Assembly: GCA_021613535.1 (NCBI GenBank)
Contig: CP075492.1
Span: 7,192,001-7,256,000 of the forward strand
DNA: 64,000 nt
Reading direction: 5' to 3'
From: Adineta vaga
Lineage: Eukaryota; Animalia; Rotifera
In this document: piece after piece, positions 34,953 to 49,900 of the stretch
Numbering within the stretch: position 1 is the first letter of the stretch
How the letters are laid out: each line of letters opens with the position of its first letter
Notes under the pieces: model-generated
Seen by the model: only the letters and a program-made list of their open reading frames with translations
What the model was told of the DNA's origin: nothing
Database searches by the model: none
Made by a program: the position numbers and the translations under genes

Positions 34953-37900
34953 TTATTGATAGAGACCCTAAAAGAGAAAGAAAAAGAAGAATGAATGGAA
35001 TTTTCTATCAATCTCATTAGAATACAATTACTTGAAGATTATTAGTGGATGTTCTCACTGATGAATGTTTCGAAGATGGGAAACTTTGGTTTAAATCTCT
35101 TGCTGCTAAAAATTTTTCCAATTGTTCAAGGAAAATTTTCACAACACGTTTCATGGCATTCAAACGATCTAAGATTAATTTTGAATCATTTGTTAAACGT
35201 ATTTGATCATTCGTAACAGGTGATAATGGACGTTCGTTAAGAGCAATTAAACGATCATGTAAAATTCCTAAATCATCATGAATACGAATGAAACGATGAA
35301 GTTTTGTACGATTAATATTCTGATTAATTTCACTGTCTTCCACTGGTTCTAACGAATGTATCAATAATTCAAGATGATCTAATTGACAATTGATATCAAT
35401 CAAACCACGATTTCCTTCTGGATGTATCTATTTATAAGAGGATGATTTCATTGTATTATATAAATAAATCAGATAATTACTTTAATTTCACGAGATTTTG
35501 ATGATAGATTTTGAAATTTATCTCTGAGTGATTGAAGACGATGATCAACAAGGATCCATTCATTTGAATGATCATTAAATTGATTAGCTTGATCAATGGT
35601 TGATTTTAAAAGGATTTGAAATTCATCTAAAATGTACAATGTACAGGCGTCATTTTAAACCGTATTTCCTTACTTAATTGTTGTTGTGTATCGGATCTTA
35701 AATGAGTTGCTCGAGATGCTAAATAAAAGTATGATTACTTATTTATCTTCGAATCTTTTTCTCTTACTGGATTGTTCAAGATTTGCAAATTGTTGAGCAG
35801 CATGTTCAAGATTATCGATTTGTCGTTTAAAATCTCTCCATTGTAAACGATTTCGATTCAATTCTTCATCTTTATTGTTAGCTAATAATTGTAAACGTGG
35901 CCATTTATTCATAATATCTGTTAGGAAGAAAGAGAAATATTTTAGATAACAAAAAACAAAATATTAGTAGTTTAGTTTGTTTACCAAGGACGGAAGAATC
36001 ATTACTGAGATCTTGTATCAAATAAGCACCTATTTCTTGTCGAATTTGAGGAAGTAATTCATTTAATGCATCGATTTTTCGATGAGTCGATATTAACAAT
36101 CGAGTCTAAATGTAGAAAAGAGATGTTTGACTCTTGACAGATGAGTATTTCTTACATAAGAGAAATCATCGGATATATGATCAAGTTGCATACCAATTGG
36201 TGTTGGAGCATATAAATTCTCTTCTTTACTACGAAAATCACTATTAATTTGTAATAAGATATCTTCAAAATCAGCTAATAATTCATCTGCACGTTGAAGA
36301 CGATCACCGAATTCTACTGAAGCATGTGAACGTAGGAAACGATCTCGTGGACGAACAGTACGCACTGGAGATCGAGGTCCTAGAAAGAACAATTCCCATT
36401 CCGAGAAAAAAAAACAAATTCTTGTTACTTACTCGGTGGACTTGGTGATGTCATACGCTTCTGGATTGGTGAAACAACACGTGGTATACTCATTAAATCC
36501 AAATGACGCTAAAGTAAAAACAGAGAACATCCTGTTGAGTATGAAAAATTGTAATAAATTTTTTACATCATTGGAATTGATCAGCTTTTGTTTGATGATT
36601 TTAATACGTTTAATTAAATCTGTCAATTGTTGACAGAATTTCGATAATTGATTGATATCAATTGTTAAACCACGAGCATCAATCGTTTTACTAAGTAAAT
36701 GATTCGCACATGTTTGAACATATTCAATTTTCGCTAGTTTTTCTTGAATTTCACGTTCAATATCCTTGAAACGAGATGAGCTACGACTTCATCATATACA
36801 GTTTAAATTCAAATCTTACATCTAATTGTTGTAGTTTTTCATTCAATGGTGCTTCAGATAAATGTTCAAGATTTGTTAAAACTACTTCAAGATCAGCTAA
36901 CCAAACTACTAAGGAATCTTTTGTCAATTGAAAATCACCATGAATACTCAACATATATTTCAACTAAAAGAACTCAAATCAATTGAAATCAAGAAAAGTG
37001 CATTATCATACATTTTTCATGGATTCATGAACGGTTCCATTCAATGCTTCCCAACGATGATTGACATCTTTGATACGATTGAGTTTTTCACCTTTTGCAT
37101 CTGCTTTCGGATGTATACGAAGTATATCAGAATATATTCTCGCTATTTGTTGAATTTCTTTATCATCTGTATCTAATTTACGTCTTAAATTCTATAATAA
37201 AGATGAAATAATGAGTAGAAATGAAATATTCATGAACAAACTTCAAAATTTCTATATTCATCTTGAACACCTTGTAAACCATTCGCACTTGTTCGTTTAA
37301 TTTCAGCTAGCAATTGTTCATGATCAGTAATCATTTTCATTGCACGTTTAATCGCTTCATCCATATCTCGCCAAGGATCTTGAATACTATCCAATCTAAA
37401 TCAATCATATGAAAAAATCATCGTTCGCTCCGTTACTGATAAATATTCACATACTCAAATCTTCGTTTTGCTAATAATTCTTGTAATACTCTCCAACGTT
37501 GTTCGATTGTCTGAACTGTACGTGAAATTGAATCCACATTTTGTTGATGAATATCCGGATCTTGTAATAAGTTATGGCCAAGTGTAAGAAGATTATTCAC
37601 AGCTGTAGCATTGTTTTCAATATCAGTTTCGATTGACTAGAAGCAGACATTGATCTATTTCTCTTCTCGTAAAACAATCACTTACTGCAATCGATTGTTG
37701 ATAAGTAGGTAAATCATTTGTTTGATGTTGTTTTTGTAAATTTCCTTCAATCATATCTAACCAAGAACGAATATTTTCTGAACCTTGTTCAAAATCATTC
37801 AACATTTTCAGTGTCATTTCCGTTTTCTTGATTCTAATCAACAACAACAACAACAAATCTTTGTAAAGGAAAAACAAATAAGATATTCTAACTTTTTCTC

Positions 37901-40900
37901 AACATATTGTTCAGTTGTATTCATAATCTGTTCTAATTGATCGATCTTTTGTTTAAAGATTTGATCCGATGATTGTGATTGTAATAATCGTGCTTGAACT
38001 AATAAATCATTGACTTGCCGTCGTTTATCAGCCAAATGATTTCGAATATCGTTTTTAAGAACATCAAGTGTCACTTGAATTGTTAAACCATTCAATCGTT
38101 CATTCAATTCACTGGCACGAAAATGTTCGTACCATTGAATTAATCGAAGCGATTTCTGTTCGAAATCTTGATATTCGGAACGACGTTTAGTAAGTGTATC
38201 AATCAATGCGATTAAAACACGTTCTGCATCAGCCCATTGTATTTCCAATAGACTAAATTTTAGTTAGATAATAAAAAGATATGGATTTAAATCAAATTTA
38301 CTTGAGTTTTTGTATTAATTGTCGTGTATCTTCGGAATGTAATTCTGGAGAGATCTGAAAATGAGTTTTGTTTAATGAATGAGAAATATATATATATATC
38401 TCAGCAGACAAATTACTTCGGAGATTGCTTGTCGTACACGATGTAATTCAGATCGACGTTTTGTAAGTTCATGATTTTTATTCTAAAGAAAATAAGATTT
38501 CGTCTCTGCTTTCTTCAAATACGAAACTTACGTGACAACGTTGAAGAAATTGTGTTAAATCGTCGGTAGGTTGCTGTTGAAGTGTACGAGCAGATTTGAC
38601 TAAATTACCTAATTCATCTAATGTGCGATCGAGTTCATTGAATCGAAGGAGTGACTAGATGAGAAATAACATTTAATAAAAATAAGAATTGACTAGAATC
38701 AATTGAAGAATAAGATAAGCAGAGAAAGCAATAAGCGAAAGGGAGAGGAGTAAAATCAATGAACATGCATAAATCTTGGTGTTTTATCTAAATAGATGGA
38801 ATATAATTGATACTCCTATTGTACATATTAAAAACAAATACTATTCATGCGATATAAAGATTTCCTTTACTAAAGATTACCTTCTCCTTCTGAGGACTTT
38901 TTTGATGCTATAACACGAGAAGATTTACTCGAAAGTTAGACTAACTTCTTTCCGAATAAATTAAATACTTACTTGAACTAAAGTATCACATTTTTGTTTG
39001 ATATTAATTTGAATTTCATGAATTGACTTTTGTAAATCATTCCATTCTTTTTCTAAAATACCTTGAGTTTTAACATCGGAATGTTTTATCAAATGTCTAT
39101 TTGTTTCATAGATTTTGTCTAATAATGCTTTCAATTCATCATTATCAATCGAAGTTACAAAAGAACCTTGTTTGATTTGAGTGATTTTACTAATAGTTGC
39201 TGTTTGTAATTCTTGTTGTTGTTTTTCACATTTTATTTTTAATAAACGATAATAATCTACGAAATAGAGAATGTTCGAAGTACCGGTCATCAAAATTGAT
39301 TTCTTACTTTCAAGATGAGTTTGATAGGCTAACCAAATTTTAATTAATTCTTTTACTTCTTCATGTTTTTTTATGACCGCTTTCATCACATTTTGCCAAC
39401 GTTGTTCAAGTTTAATAAAATTACTTGGATCTTCTACCAATTGTTTTCCTTCATTAATCAATTGAATTAATTCTTGTTGTCGTTGACTAAAATCATTGGT
39501 AATATTCGATAGATTCTTATCAATTTCAATTAAACCATGATAATTTGTCGGTAGATTTTCATGAACAACAGCTAATTTCTTTTCTATGGCATGAATATAT
39601 TCATGCCATTTTTGACAACGTTTATCAAAATTTAATTTTCCATATTCATTCACTTCAATTTGTCGTATACGATTCTTAATTAAATCAACACATTGAGAAT
39701 ATTCAATCATTAATTCATGTAAATGTCTTGCACGTTTGATATAAAGAATAAATTCATTGGAATTTAAACGTTCAATAAGATCATGTTTAGATTGAAGAAG
39801 TAGATCAAGTTCACGAAGTTGTTTTAAATTTTGAAGATCATTTTCACCATTTAATTGTTGAGATTTAAGCGTTGTTTGTACTTGATTAATTGCATGAGTT
39901 AATTCATTTAGATAATCTATATAGATCTTTTCACGATGTTTAAGTTCATTACAATCAGTTAGAAGTTTATTTTGAAAATTTTGTAATTCAGAATATTGAT
40001 TATTGATTACAGCATATTGAGTATCGATTTTTTTTGCGGCTATTGGAGACAAATGACTACTAAGTTTCTTTGCACGTTCATGAAGTTTAATGATTTCTGT
40101 ATCAAGTTGTTGAAGACGTTGTTGAAAATCCTGGAACAATAAAACTTTACTATTTGAAAGGAAAAACAAAAGATAGAATAAGTCTTACTCGAGCTTTATC
40201 AAGAAGTGTATCTATATCGGAAGTAAATTTTTCTTTTTGAATACTATACCATCGTGCTTCAAGTTCACTGAGGCGATCAAGTAAATGTAGATAGGAAGGT
40301 ATTGAATTGTCTCCAATTATCGACAACTTCTCGTGATGGTTTAATAATTTCTTGTAAACGTTGTTTTACACTTATCCATTGTTGTTGAATACGATGAGTT
40401 AATTCATTAATTCTCGTCGATGTTTGTTTATCACATTGATCGGATAATTGATGTGTATGAGTTTTTATTTGATCAAAATCATGTCGATGAGAATCCATAG
40501 CTTGTAAATATTCCTACGAGAATTCAATTCATTAAATAAAATGTTTATTTAATTGATCTTACTTGTGCTTTTCGTGTACTCATTTCATATGTTTCAACAT
40601 TCATTGCACTAGTTTCTACACGATCGATTTCAGCTTCAGCTTCATGAAGAATCTTTTCCATTTTTAATAAAACACGATTATATTCTTGCCAATCATTTAG
40701 GATTGATTTCGATTTTAGTTTTAATTGTTCAATAGATGGTGAAAGATTATCAAGCATATAGCGAACATTTTGAATAGTACCATCTTGATCGGTAATACGA
40801 AATGTTGATGAAGACGATGCCATTCGACCAGTCGATGTTTTCAATGAAGAAAGGATTTGTTGTTTGGATGTAAGTTGATTTTCCATTTCCTAGACGAAAA

Positions 40901-43900
40901 TTCACAATTAGAAAGATTGAAGAAGAATGAGAAACAAAATGAATTACATTGCATTTTTTTATATTATGTTTTACTCCAGCTTCTAATGTTCTTGTACGCA
41001 TAAATTCTAAATCCGATGTTTGTTCTTGTACCCAATCGGATAATGTTCGAATTGTATGATCAAAATCATTGAATTGTTCGTTAAGTTGTTCCAATGTCTA
41101 TTTGTAAATTTATCAAAGATTAACATTTTTCGAAAGTATTCATCTTACATCGATTCGAGCTGAAATCAAAGATTTGATTTTAGTCCAATCAATATTAATT
41201 TGTTTAATGTTTTCCATATAATCAATCGTTGTTTCATCTACATTAGCTTCTTGTTGAAATGATTCATTAAGATAATCAATCGTTCGTTGATGATTTGATA
41301 CATCCACACGCATATCCTAGACAAAGCAAAATTCATTTCTCTTCACACAGATATATATCTATATACTCGATATCGTTTCAGTAATTTTTGTAATGTTTCT
41401 TTATTATTAATTGGTGCACCATGATCATCATCCAATAAACGTTTAATCGTATCAATAAATATGACCATTTCTTTTCGTGCTTGTCGAGATGGTAAACTAT
41501 TAATAATATTTTGATGAAGAATATTTTCATGTCGTAAAATATCCGTCTAGAAACAAAACATTATTAATCCACATATCATACTAGAGAATCTATTCATTCT
41601 TACTTTAATTGCTGTCCATTTCTGCTGTAAACATTCTAGATGACTCTCAATCGATTTTAAATCATAGAGATTGTATGTTGACAATCGTTTGACTAAAGAT
41701 AATGTATGAGAATAAACATCAGCAACATTATCAAGACGTTTTTCCACATCCTTAATAGAGAAAATTCAAAACTATTCTAAATGAGAAAGAAGAAATAAGA
41801 TTACCATCATTCGTTCTAATTGAACTCGAAGTTCACTTAGATTACCATCATAATGTGCAGTTGATTCACTGGCACATTGTCCTAATGTATCTTCAAGAAT
41901 CGCTAAATTTCGTTTGATATCAGTCGCAAATACTGTTCCAGTTTTATGACTAAAATGCATCGATTATATCAAATCTTATCGCAAAAAACAAAACCAACAG
42001 TTTACTTTTCATATTTTTCTTGAATATCATTAGAAATTCGATTGAAATTTTGAGTTACATTTTGTATTTCATTTTGTAACGAAAGAATATTCAATTCACT
42101 GCAAAGCATTTGAATTTCATCATTTAAATGCAATACTTCTGGTTCAAGTATCATAATTCGTTGATTGAGTTCCTAATAACAACAAAAAAATAACATTCAT
42201 AGAGAGAAACAATCGATTTCTTTCTACTTTATAAAGAGTACAAGTTGATTGAATCTGTTGAAAAGGAAATAAACGTTTATTTAATGGTATTTGTTTTTCA
42301 ATTTCATCCAATTGATAACATATATCATTGAGTCTTATTTGATATTCTTTCCATATACGTAATAAATATTCGCCATGAATATTTTGTTGAATAATTTTAT
42401 CTTGTAAATCATTGGAACGTTTTTCTAAATCATAATGTTGTTTGGAATAACGTGTACGTGTTTCACGATCAAGTTTATCATAGAAGAGATTCAATTGACG
42501 ACGTTTTTCATCCATTTGTTGACTAAGACTCTTTTGTTCGGTAAGTTGACGTGCATATTCATCACTTGTTGATGTTAACGAAACTGGCCGACTTAAACGT
42601 TCCATTGTAACACTATAAACACCTTCGTAAAGTTTACATTCATTGAGATAAACATCTCGACAACGTTCAGCATCAGTTAATGTTTCAAGACGATGATCGA
42701 ACTAGCAAAAGTAAAACAAAACAAAACAACGAGAAACATATTTCGAAAGAATGAAAAAATTAAATTAAATAACAAACCTGTTGTTTAAGAGAAGCAATAG
42801 TTGATTGTATCAGTAGAATTTCAGCAGGCAATGGTATTGGATTTCCATCTTCGAAACACATGGTTTGACCTTGTTTTTTTAAATTGATTAATTCTTGTTG
42901 ATAATGATCGAGTTCTTGATTTTGACTCTAGAAGAAACGATGATAGATTTGAAGAAAACTAATTGATACAAACTTACTCGTATGAAATGAAGTTGTTCTT
43001 CAATTGAATCTTGATTATTTAATTTTCGTTGTTTTAGAGTATTTAATTTCTCTTCTAATAAAGTTATTTCATCGATATATAATTGCCATTCTTGTTTACG
43101 TTGACGTTTACGTCGTTCTCGTTCTTCATTTTCACATTCAAATTTAATCATTTGTTCTTCAAGAGTTTTCAATGCATCTTCCACAGACTAAAATGATATG
43201 AGATGATTTGTTTTTTTCAGGAATGATCATCCAACTTACTCGACCAGGTGGAAATGTATCATGCTCTACAAGTGATGAAAGCTTATTTAGTGAATCTTGA
43301 TAAAGACGTTGTTTACGTTGATGTTCTTCAACATCCTATTTCGAAAGTGATGAGAGTGTAAATCAATCAAAGCAGTGTGAATGTTTGCATAGAAGCAAAG
43401 TGTCTTACTCTGATCTTTTTCTTGATTAATGAAGAACGATTTTCAAGTTCTTTTGTTAATTCAATCAAACGTTCTTTCAAATGATCGATTTCTTGTCGTA
43501 GTTTTTGTAGAGCATCATTTGGTAATTTCGAACTAAAAAGAAATTCGAAGAATTGGTAATGATTATTGATAAATTGAATCTAACTTGTTAATATTTCGTG
43601 AGAGTATATCAATTTCTTTCAATTTCTCTTGTATCAATTGTTGTTTTTGATTTAAATGCGTATATTCTTGTTGAAGTGCATCTAAATCTTGTTTATTACT
43701 TAAAGATTCATAACGTTGACTTTGTTTAATCCAATCAAATATCGATTCAATACGATCACGAAATTCTTTTTGTTGTCGATTTTGTTGTTCATATTCCTTG
43801 AAAACAATAATGAATTCGATTTTTTATTATTCAATAAGATTTCGTTCTTGTTTACCTCCTGTTTTCGTGTTACATTTGTTTTCATTTTTCCAATTGTTTC

Positions 43901-46900
43901 AATTAAATTTTGAATTGCAACTGCTACAATTTGTTCAATTTGTGGATAATCATGAGAAATATTCATAAGAATTTGTTTTCGTTTATCTAATTCCATCTGT
44001 ATATCTTGTAAACGTTGTAATTTTTCATCGATAGTTAATGGTTGTTCAATGATTGATTCAGTAGTTCGGTGAATATTATTTATCCATTGTTCATAGAATA
44101 TATATTGTTTATTAAATTCATTTAATTGATGATGAATCTTTTGACTTAATTCAAGACGTTGTTCGAGATTTTCACGATGTGTTGCTAAATCTTTCAATAA
44201 TCGATCAATATCAGTCGACTAAAACAGAACGAATTTATTGACATTTTCGATTGAAAGAAGCTATTACTTTTTGTGTTGCTTCAGACGATTTACTTGTTTG
44301 TTGAAGACGATTCAATCTATTTCTTAATCGTTGTAATTGTTCTACTACTGATTGATAATCCATTAAGATTGTTTTAGCTTTAGGAATAAATTGATTGAAG
44401 ATTTCAACATTTCTCGAATTTCCTAATTCATGAATGATATCTTTCGTTTGTTTCATCCACCGTTCACATAATGCATTCGTTTCTGTATATTGTTGATTGA
44501 TATGATTCATTTCATTCATATCTTCTTGTTTAGTAAGTAAATCTTGTTCAAGTTCAGTCCATCGACGTGCTATTTCACTTACACGACGACGAACACGTTC
44601 ACGTTCATCAGAATCAGTTAATTGTGGAATTAATGTTGTTGATAACAGTTGAACACGATCGATCAATGTACGTTGACTATGCATTTCTGCAGTTAAATCC
44701 TAAATAGAAATGTAGATTCATTTCTTTTGTTCTCAAAGAAGAAAATTCATTGCTCCTTACTTTTAATAAACTAGTACTAAGTTTTGTATTTGATTGACGA
44801 ATTTTCGTTTCGATATTTTGAATATTTTTCGCGATATTATCCATTGATTTTTCGTAATCATCACGTAAACTTTGAAAATCATGTAATTCAGCTGATTTAT
44901 CATTTAAACGACCTTTCATATCTTCCATATCTTCGAAAACTCGACTAATCATTTTATCTAGATCATCCGAGAAATTTCCAAATTCATTTTTATAATCATC
45001 AATCGCTTGTTCGAATAGGTCAAAATTATGGACTAATTCTGTATCGATTTTCTAAACGAAACAACAAAAACATGTATGATTAGTTGAAGTAAAAAAATGA
45101 AATAAGTCAATGAACTTTTAAGTTTTGATCAGCGTCATTAGTTAATGTAGGATGAATTTCAATCAATTGAACTTTAACACGTTGAAGAATTGATGACATT
45201 GATCGAGCATTTTGTCGTAATTTTTCTTGTTCTTGAACTTGTTGATCCAAATGTTCAATAGTTCTTGATGTTTCACTTTTTAAACTAGAATAAACATACA
45301 TTGAAATAATCGATATGAAATACTTTCATTACATTACCTTTGATAATCTTGTACAGCATCTTGATGTCTCTTTTCTAATGTTCGAATAATGTGTTGATCA
45401 TATCGTCGTTCAAACAATGTCGTAATCATACCATCCACTTCGGATAAAAGTGAACTTTCTAAATCGACATCTTTCATAAAACTTTTGATTTCAACCGATC
45501 GTCGAGTTAAATCAACACTTCCATAGCCACTATCGAAACTTTGATGTAGTTCTTGTCGTTTACGATTTGTGAATGATTTGATTTTACTCAATGTACGTTC
45601 AATACGTTCTCGAAGTGATTCATTTTCCTAAAGAATATTTATCAACATAAGATTTTTCGATTTGAAATAAAAGTTTTACTTCTTGAACTTTCTTTCCTCG
45701 ATCGAGACTTTCTCGAACAGTTTCAACTAAAGTTGCAAGCTCTTTTAATTCACGATCGATATCAGTTGAACTTGCTACATCTAACGATTTCTTCAAATCA
45801 CGACCGAGATATTGTAAAGCAGAAAATGTTGAATCCATTTCGGTGATGAGATTTTCTGCTAACTAGAAATACAGATGAACATTTACAAAAAAAAACGAGT
45901 TTCAGGGATTTATGTAATCTTACATCAGGTGATTTTTCAATCATTTGTAAAAGACGATCTGTATCGGAATGAAGATTAGCAGCACTAGAATTGAAACGAT
46001 TGGATTTTTGACGAATTTCATCGAGTTCTCTTCGACGTTGATGTATTCTCGATTCTAGAAAGACGAAGAAAATAAATCTATTCGAAAGATTTTCTCAGTT
46101 TTACCAAGATCTTCGATTGTCTGATGAAAATTTTTCAATTGACTATCACATAGATCTTTGGCATTATTTCGTAAATGTAATCGAAATGTTTCGGATGATT
46201 TGTGTGCATCAACTAAATGATAGTTTTGTTCAGCACATATCTCTTCCAAATACTAAACAATCAGAAAATATCAATAGAAGATTGAAAAGAAAAAAACGAA
46301 AACATGCATACATTAAGTTCTTTTTCATGTTCATCAAGACGAGTACGATCATATCCATCAAAGAATGATGATAATTTAAGATCAACCTCACTAGAAAGCA
46401 AACCAAAGAGAAAGTTAAGAAATAGATACAGATTTCGATATACCTAAGAGCTGTTTTCACGTCCGTAATGAGATTTAAATATTGACCCATGTGTCGATGA
46501 ATATCATCAAGTATATTCATTTGTTTATTGAGAAGATTCTACGATGAAAATTGCGATGAAAATTTATGAAATGGAAGATTTCCTACTTTCACTTGATGTT
46601 TCAATTCTCCGATTGTATCTAATCGTTCTCGAATTTCTCCATCATCTGCATTGATAATATTTGGTTCATCCTGAAGAGCTTGTTGAATTCGAGCCATGCG
46701 TTGATCAATTGATGGTCCAATTTGCTAGAGAAGATATTCATAATTTCTCATTCATCCTTTTTCAAAACATTTCATTTACTTTAAATGATTCTTGAACATC
46801 ATTGACATTACTCAATGATATATTTAATTCCAATGGTTGTTGTAAATCAAGAAGAAGTCGTCGAAACCAATCGATTGTTGATAATAAATCTTCATTTAAT

Positions 46901-49900
46901 TTATGTTGTGTTTTCATCAGATGTTCATATTCACCACGAACTTGTTGACAAGTTGTAAATAAATCTTCCAGACGTTCTCGACGACGTTCAAGTGTACGTT
47001 TGCTTTGTTCATATTGTGAATGAGGAAGATCATTGGCAAGACGATCATTCATAAGAATTAATTTATTCAAATCTTGTTCAGCGTGTTGTAAACGATCACA
47101 CACCGTCTAAAAATATCGAAATAACAATGAATTATCTCGTAAAAATCAAACCTGATAAATAATTCCTCTATCTTGATGATGTTGAGATGATTTCAATTGT
47201 TCAGCTGACATTTGTAAACATGCATCTAATTCATTTTCTAATAGATGAAATTCATTTTCCGTATGAATAACTCGTTCAATTCGTTCAATTTCATTATGAA
47301 TAAGTTCATCGAAATTTTTCAAATTTGTATTCAATTCATTTCCATGACGAAAATCAATTCGATGACCTTTACTCGTTAATAAACGTTGTAAACGTGTTAA
47401 TTCTTTAAAACTATTATTTGTTTCATCGAGATGTTTTAATAATTGTTTATATTGTTCTAAACGTCGTTCTGTCGATGGATAATTACTATCAAGTGGAGAT
47501 TGATGTTTAAGTCGATTGAATTCAGTTTGTAATTGTTGAAAGAGTTCTTGAACATGTTCGAGTTGTTGATCAAATTCACTTCGTTCATCTATCGAAACGA
47601 GAACAAAGATGAGTGAAGTTTTGTATGGAATTTTATTTTAACTTACGACTAGCTTCATCCAATAGAGCAACACGTTGAGTTAAATTATCAAGTAAACGAT
47701 TGTATTTATCTTTGAGAACTGTATATTTTTCATCGAAAGTAATACGATCAGTTTCATTCAATGTCGAAGCAACAATTGTATGAGCACGTGCTAAATCTTC
47801 CAATTCATGACGACGATCTCGTGTTAATTGTAACGATGACTAAATATTTCTTCCATACGATGAACTAATATCATTTTTCAAAAAAACTTACTTGTACAGT
47901 TTTCGATTTATCTTTCAATGCTCCAACTGCTTGTTGTAGATCATTTGTAAATGGTTCTTTTACTTGTTGTTCAGTACTTTTAATCCAGTCAGTCAATCTA
48001 TTTGTTAGACGTTCATAATCATGACGTTGTTCATTAGCTACATGTAATTGTCGATTACGATCATTCAAGATTTCTTCCAAATGACTCAATTGATAGAGTA
48101 AATCTAAGTTTACGAACAGCTATGAAACGACAAGAAAATAATTTCAAAAACAATACAAACCATCGGTATGTTGATCGTAATCATGTTCATCTTCGAAAGC
48201 ATAACCTTGTTTGATAGAATCATTCAATTGAATAATCTGATCGAGAGTAACTCGTTGTTGTTTTGATTCATTCAATGTATCCTAATAGAAAAGAAAGAAA
48301 AGAACTATTTTGGTGATTTGAAGGGAAAAAAACAATTTACACTATATTTCTGTTGTAAACGTTCGATCTCAGTTGTTTTTAATGGAATCGCCGCATCAGA
48401 AGTGATTATACGTTGTCTATCATCGTACCAAACGAAAAATCGTTCTGAAATTTGTTCTAATTCTTGTCGTTGATGAATTAAACTAGACAAACGATCTTTT
48501 CGTTTTTCAATTTGTTCTTGTAATTGTGTTAATTCCGTCTAAGAACACAACGCTTCGTTATTCCGTAATAAAATGAAGAGAAAGAATATACTTCAATTTT
48601 ACGAAAAGTAGAGTCTGCTTGTTGTCGTTCTTGATGTGTAAGATCTGATGAGATAGTTTTGTATTTATTACGCAAAGCAGTTAATTGAACATCTTCACCT
48701 TGAACCTCTCGATGAAGAGTCTAAATTTAAAGATTTCATAGATAAAAACATCTGCAATCTCGTTTTGAAAATATCATCGCCTGTTCCCTCTCTAATGATT
48801 ACTCTGTATTCATGGAGCATCAACATCCTGTGCAGATATTGATTAGATATGCGTAAGCTTGTGATTAGTATATATCATTTGAAAAGCAAGCATAAGCCCA
48901 TCAAATATCCTATTGTATTAGTTACTAAAACAAAACAAAATGACAGTTTATTATATTTAACAGTTACATGAGTTTTCCTTGCATCATATTCATAGTTGCT
49001 ATTGAAAAAGTAAATGATTGTATATGAAAGCTTACTTTCAATTTTCTTTCGTGTGTAATATATCAATGAATTCGAAAGTAATACATGTAAACAAGATTGT
49101 ACATTGAGTATTTCGTCGATTTATATTAGTATGATGAAGCAAAAATCATTAGAAGCAGAAGAAGAAGATGATGAAGAGCGCACTGCAAGTCAATAGCAAA
49201 GATATGGATAAAGAAACAAAATTCGTGCATCATTGCTAGGGTTATGTAGATACGAATAGTATTCAAAAGCATTTGGATTATAGCGTTAAGATAAAAGATC
49301 CTTTTTTGAATACCTTAATAACGATCATTAAATCTTCAATATCACGTATTGAATAACCAGCGAGATGAGCTGAACGATGATTATTACTGATTGAATTGAT
49401 ACGTTGAAGTAAATTTGTATGAGCTTGAGTAAAATCTCCGACTAATCGATCTAATTCTTGTGCTTGTATTCGACGTTGAGCAAGCTATCGGAACAAAAAA
49501 AGAAAGAAAGAAAGAAAGAAAGAAGTATGTTCTTTCATCGAATAATGTTTTGAACATACCTTATTTTCGATAGAATCAATCAAATTTTGAATTGCTCGAC
49601 ATTCGACGACAAAAAAGACATTTCTATTTGTAGATGAATCCGTTATTGTCGCATTACTTTCTTCCATTAAACGATCAAGTGCAGTACTATCTGTTTGAAT
49701 TGTTCGTAAATCATTGGTATAACGTTCAAGTTGTACTTTTATTGCATCAATATTTTCTATTTTCATCTGTTGATTTTGTTGAAGTTCATCATTGATTTGT
49801 TGTAATTTATGACGAATCTCTGTGGAATATTTCATATGTTCATCATAATGTTTTAATAAATCAAGACGTTTTTGTAAAACAATTTCATATCTAAAATGTT

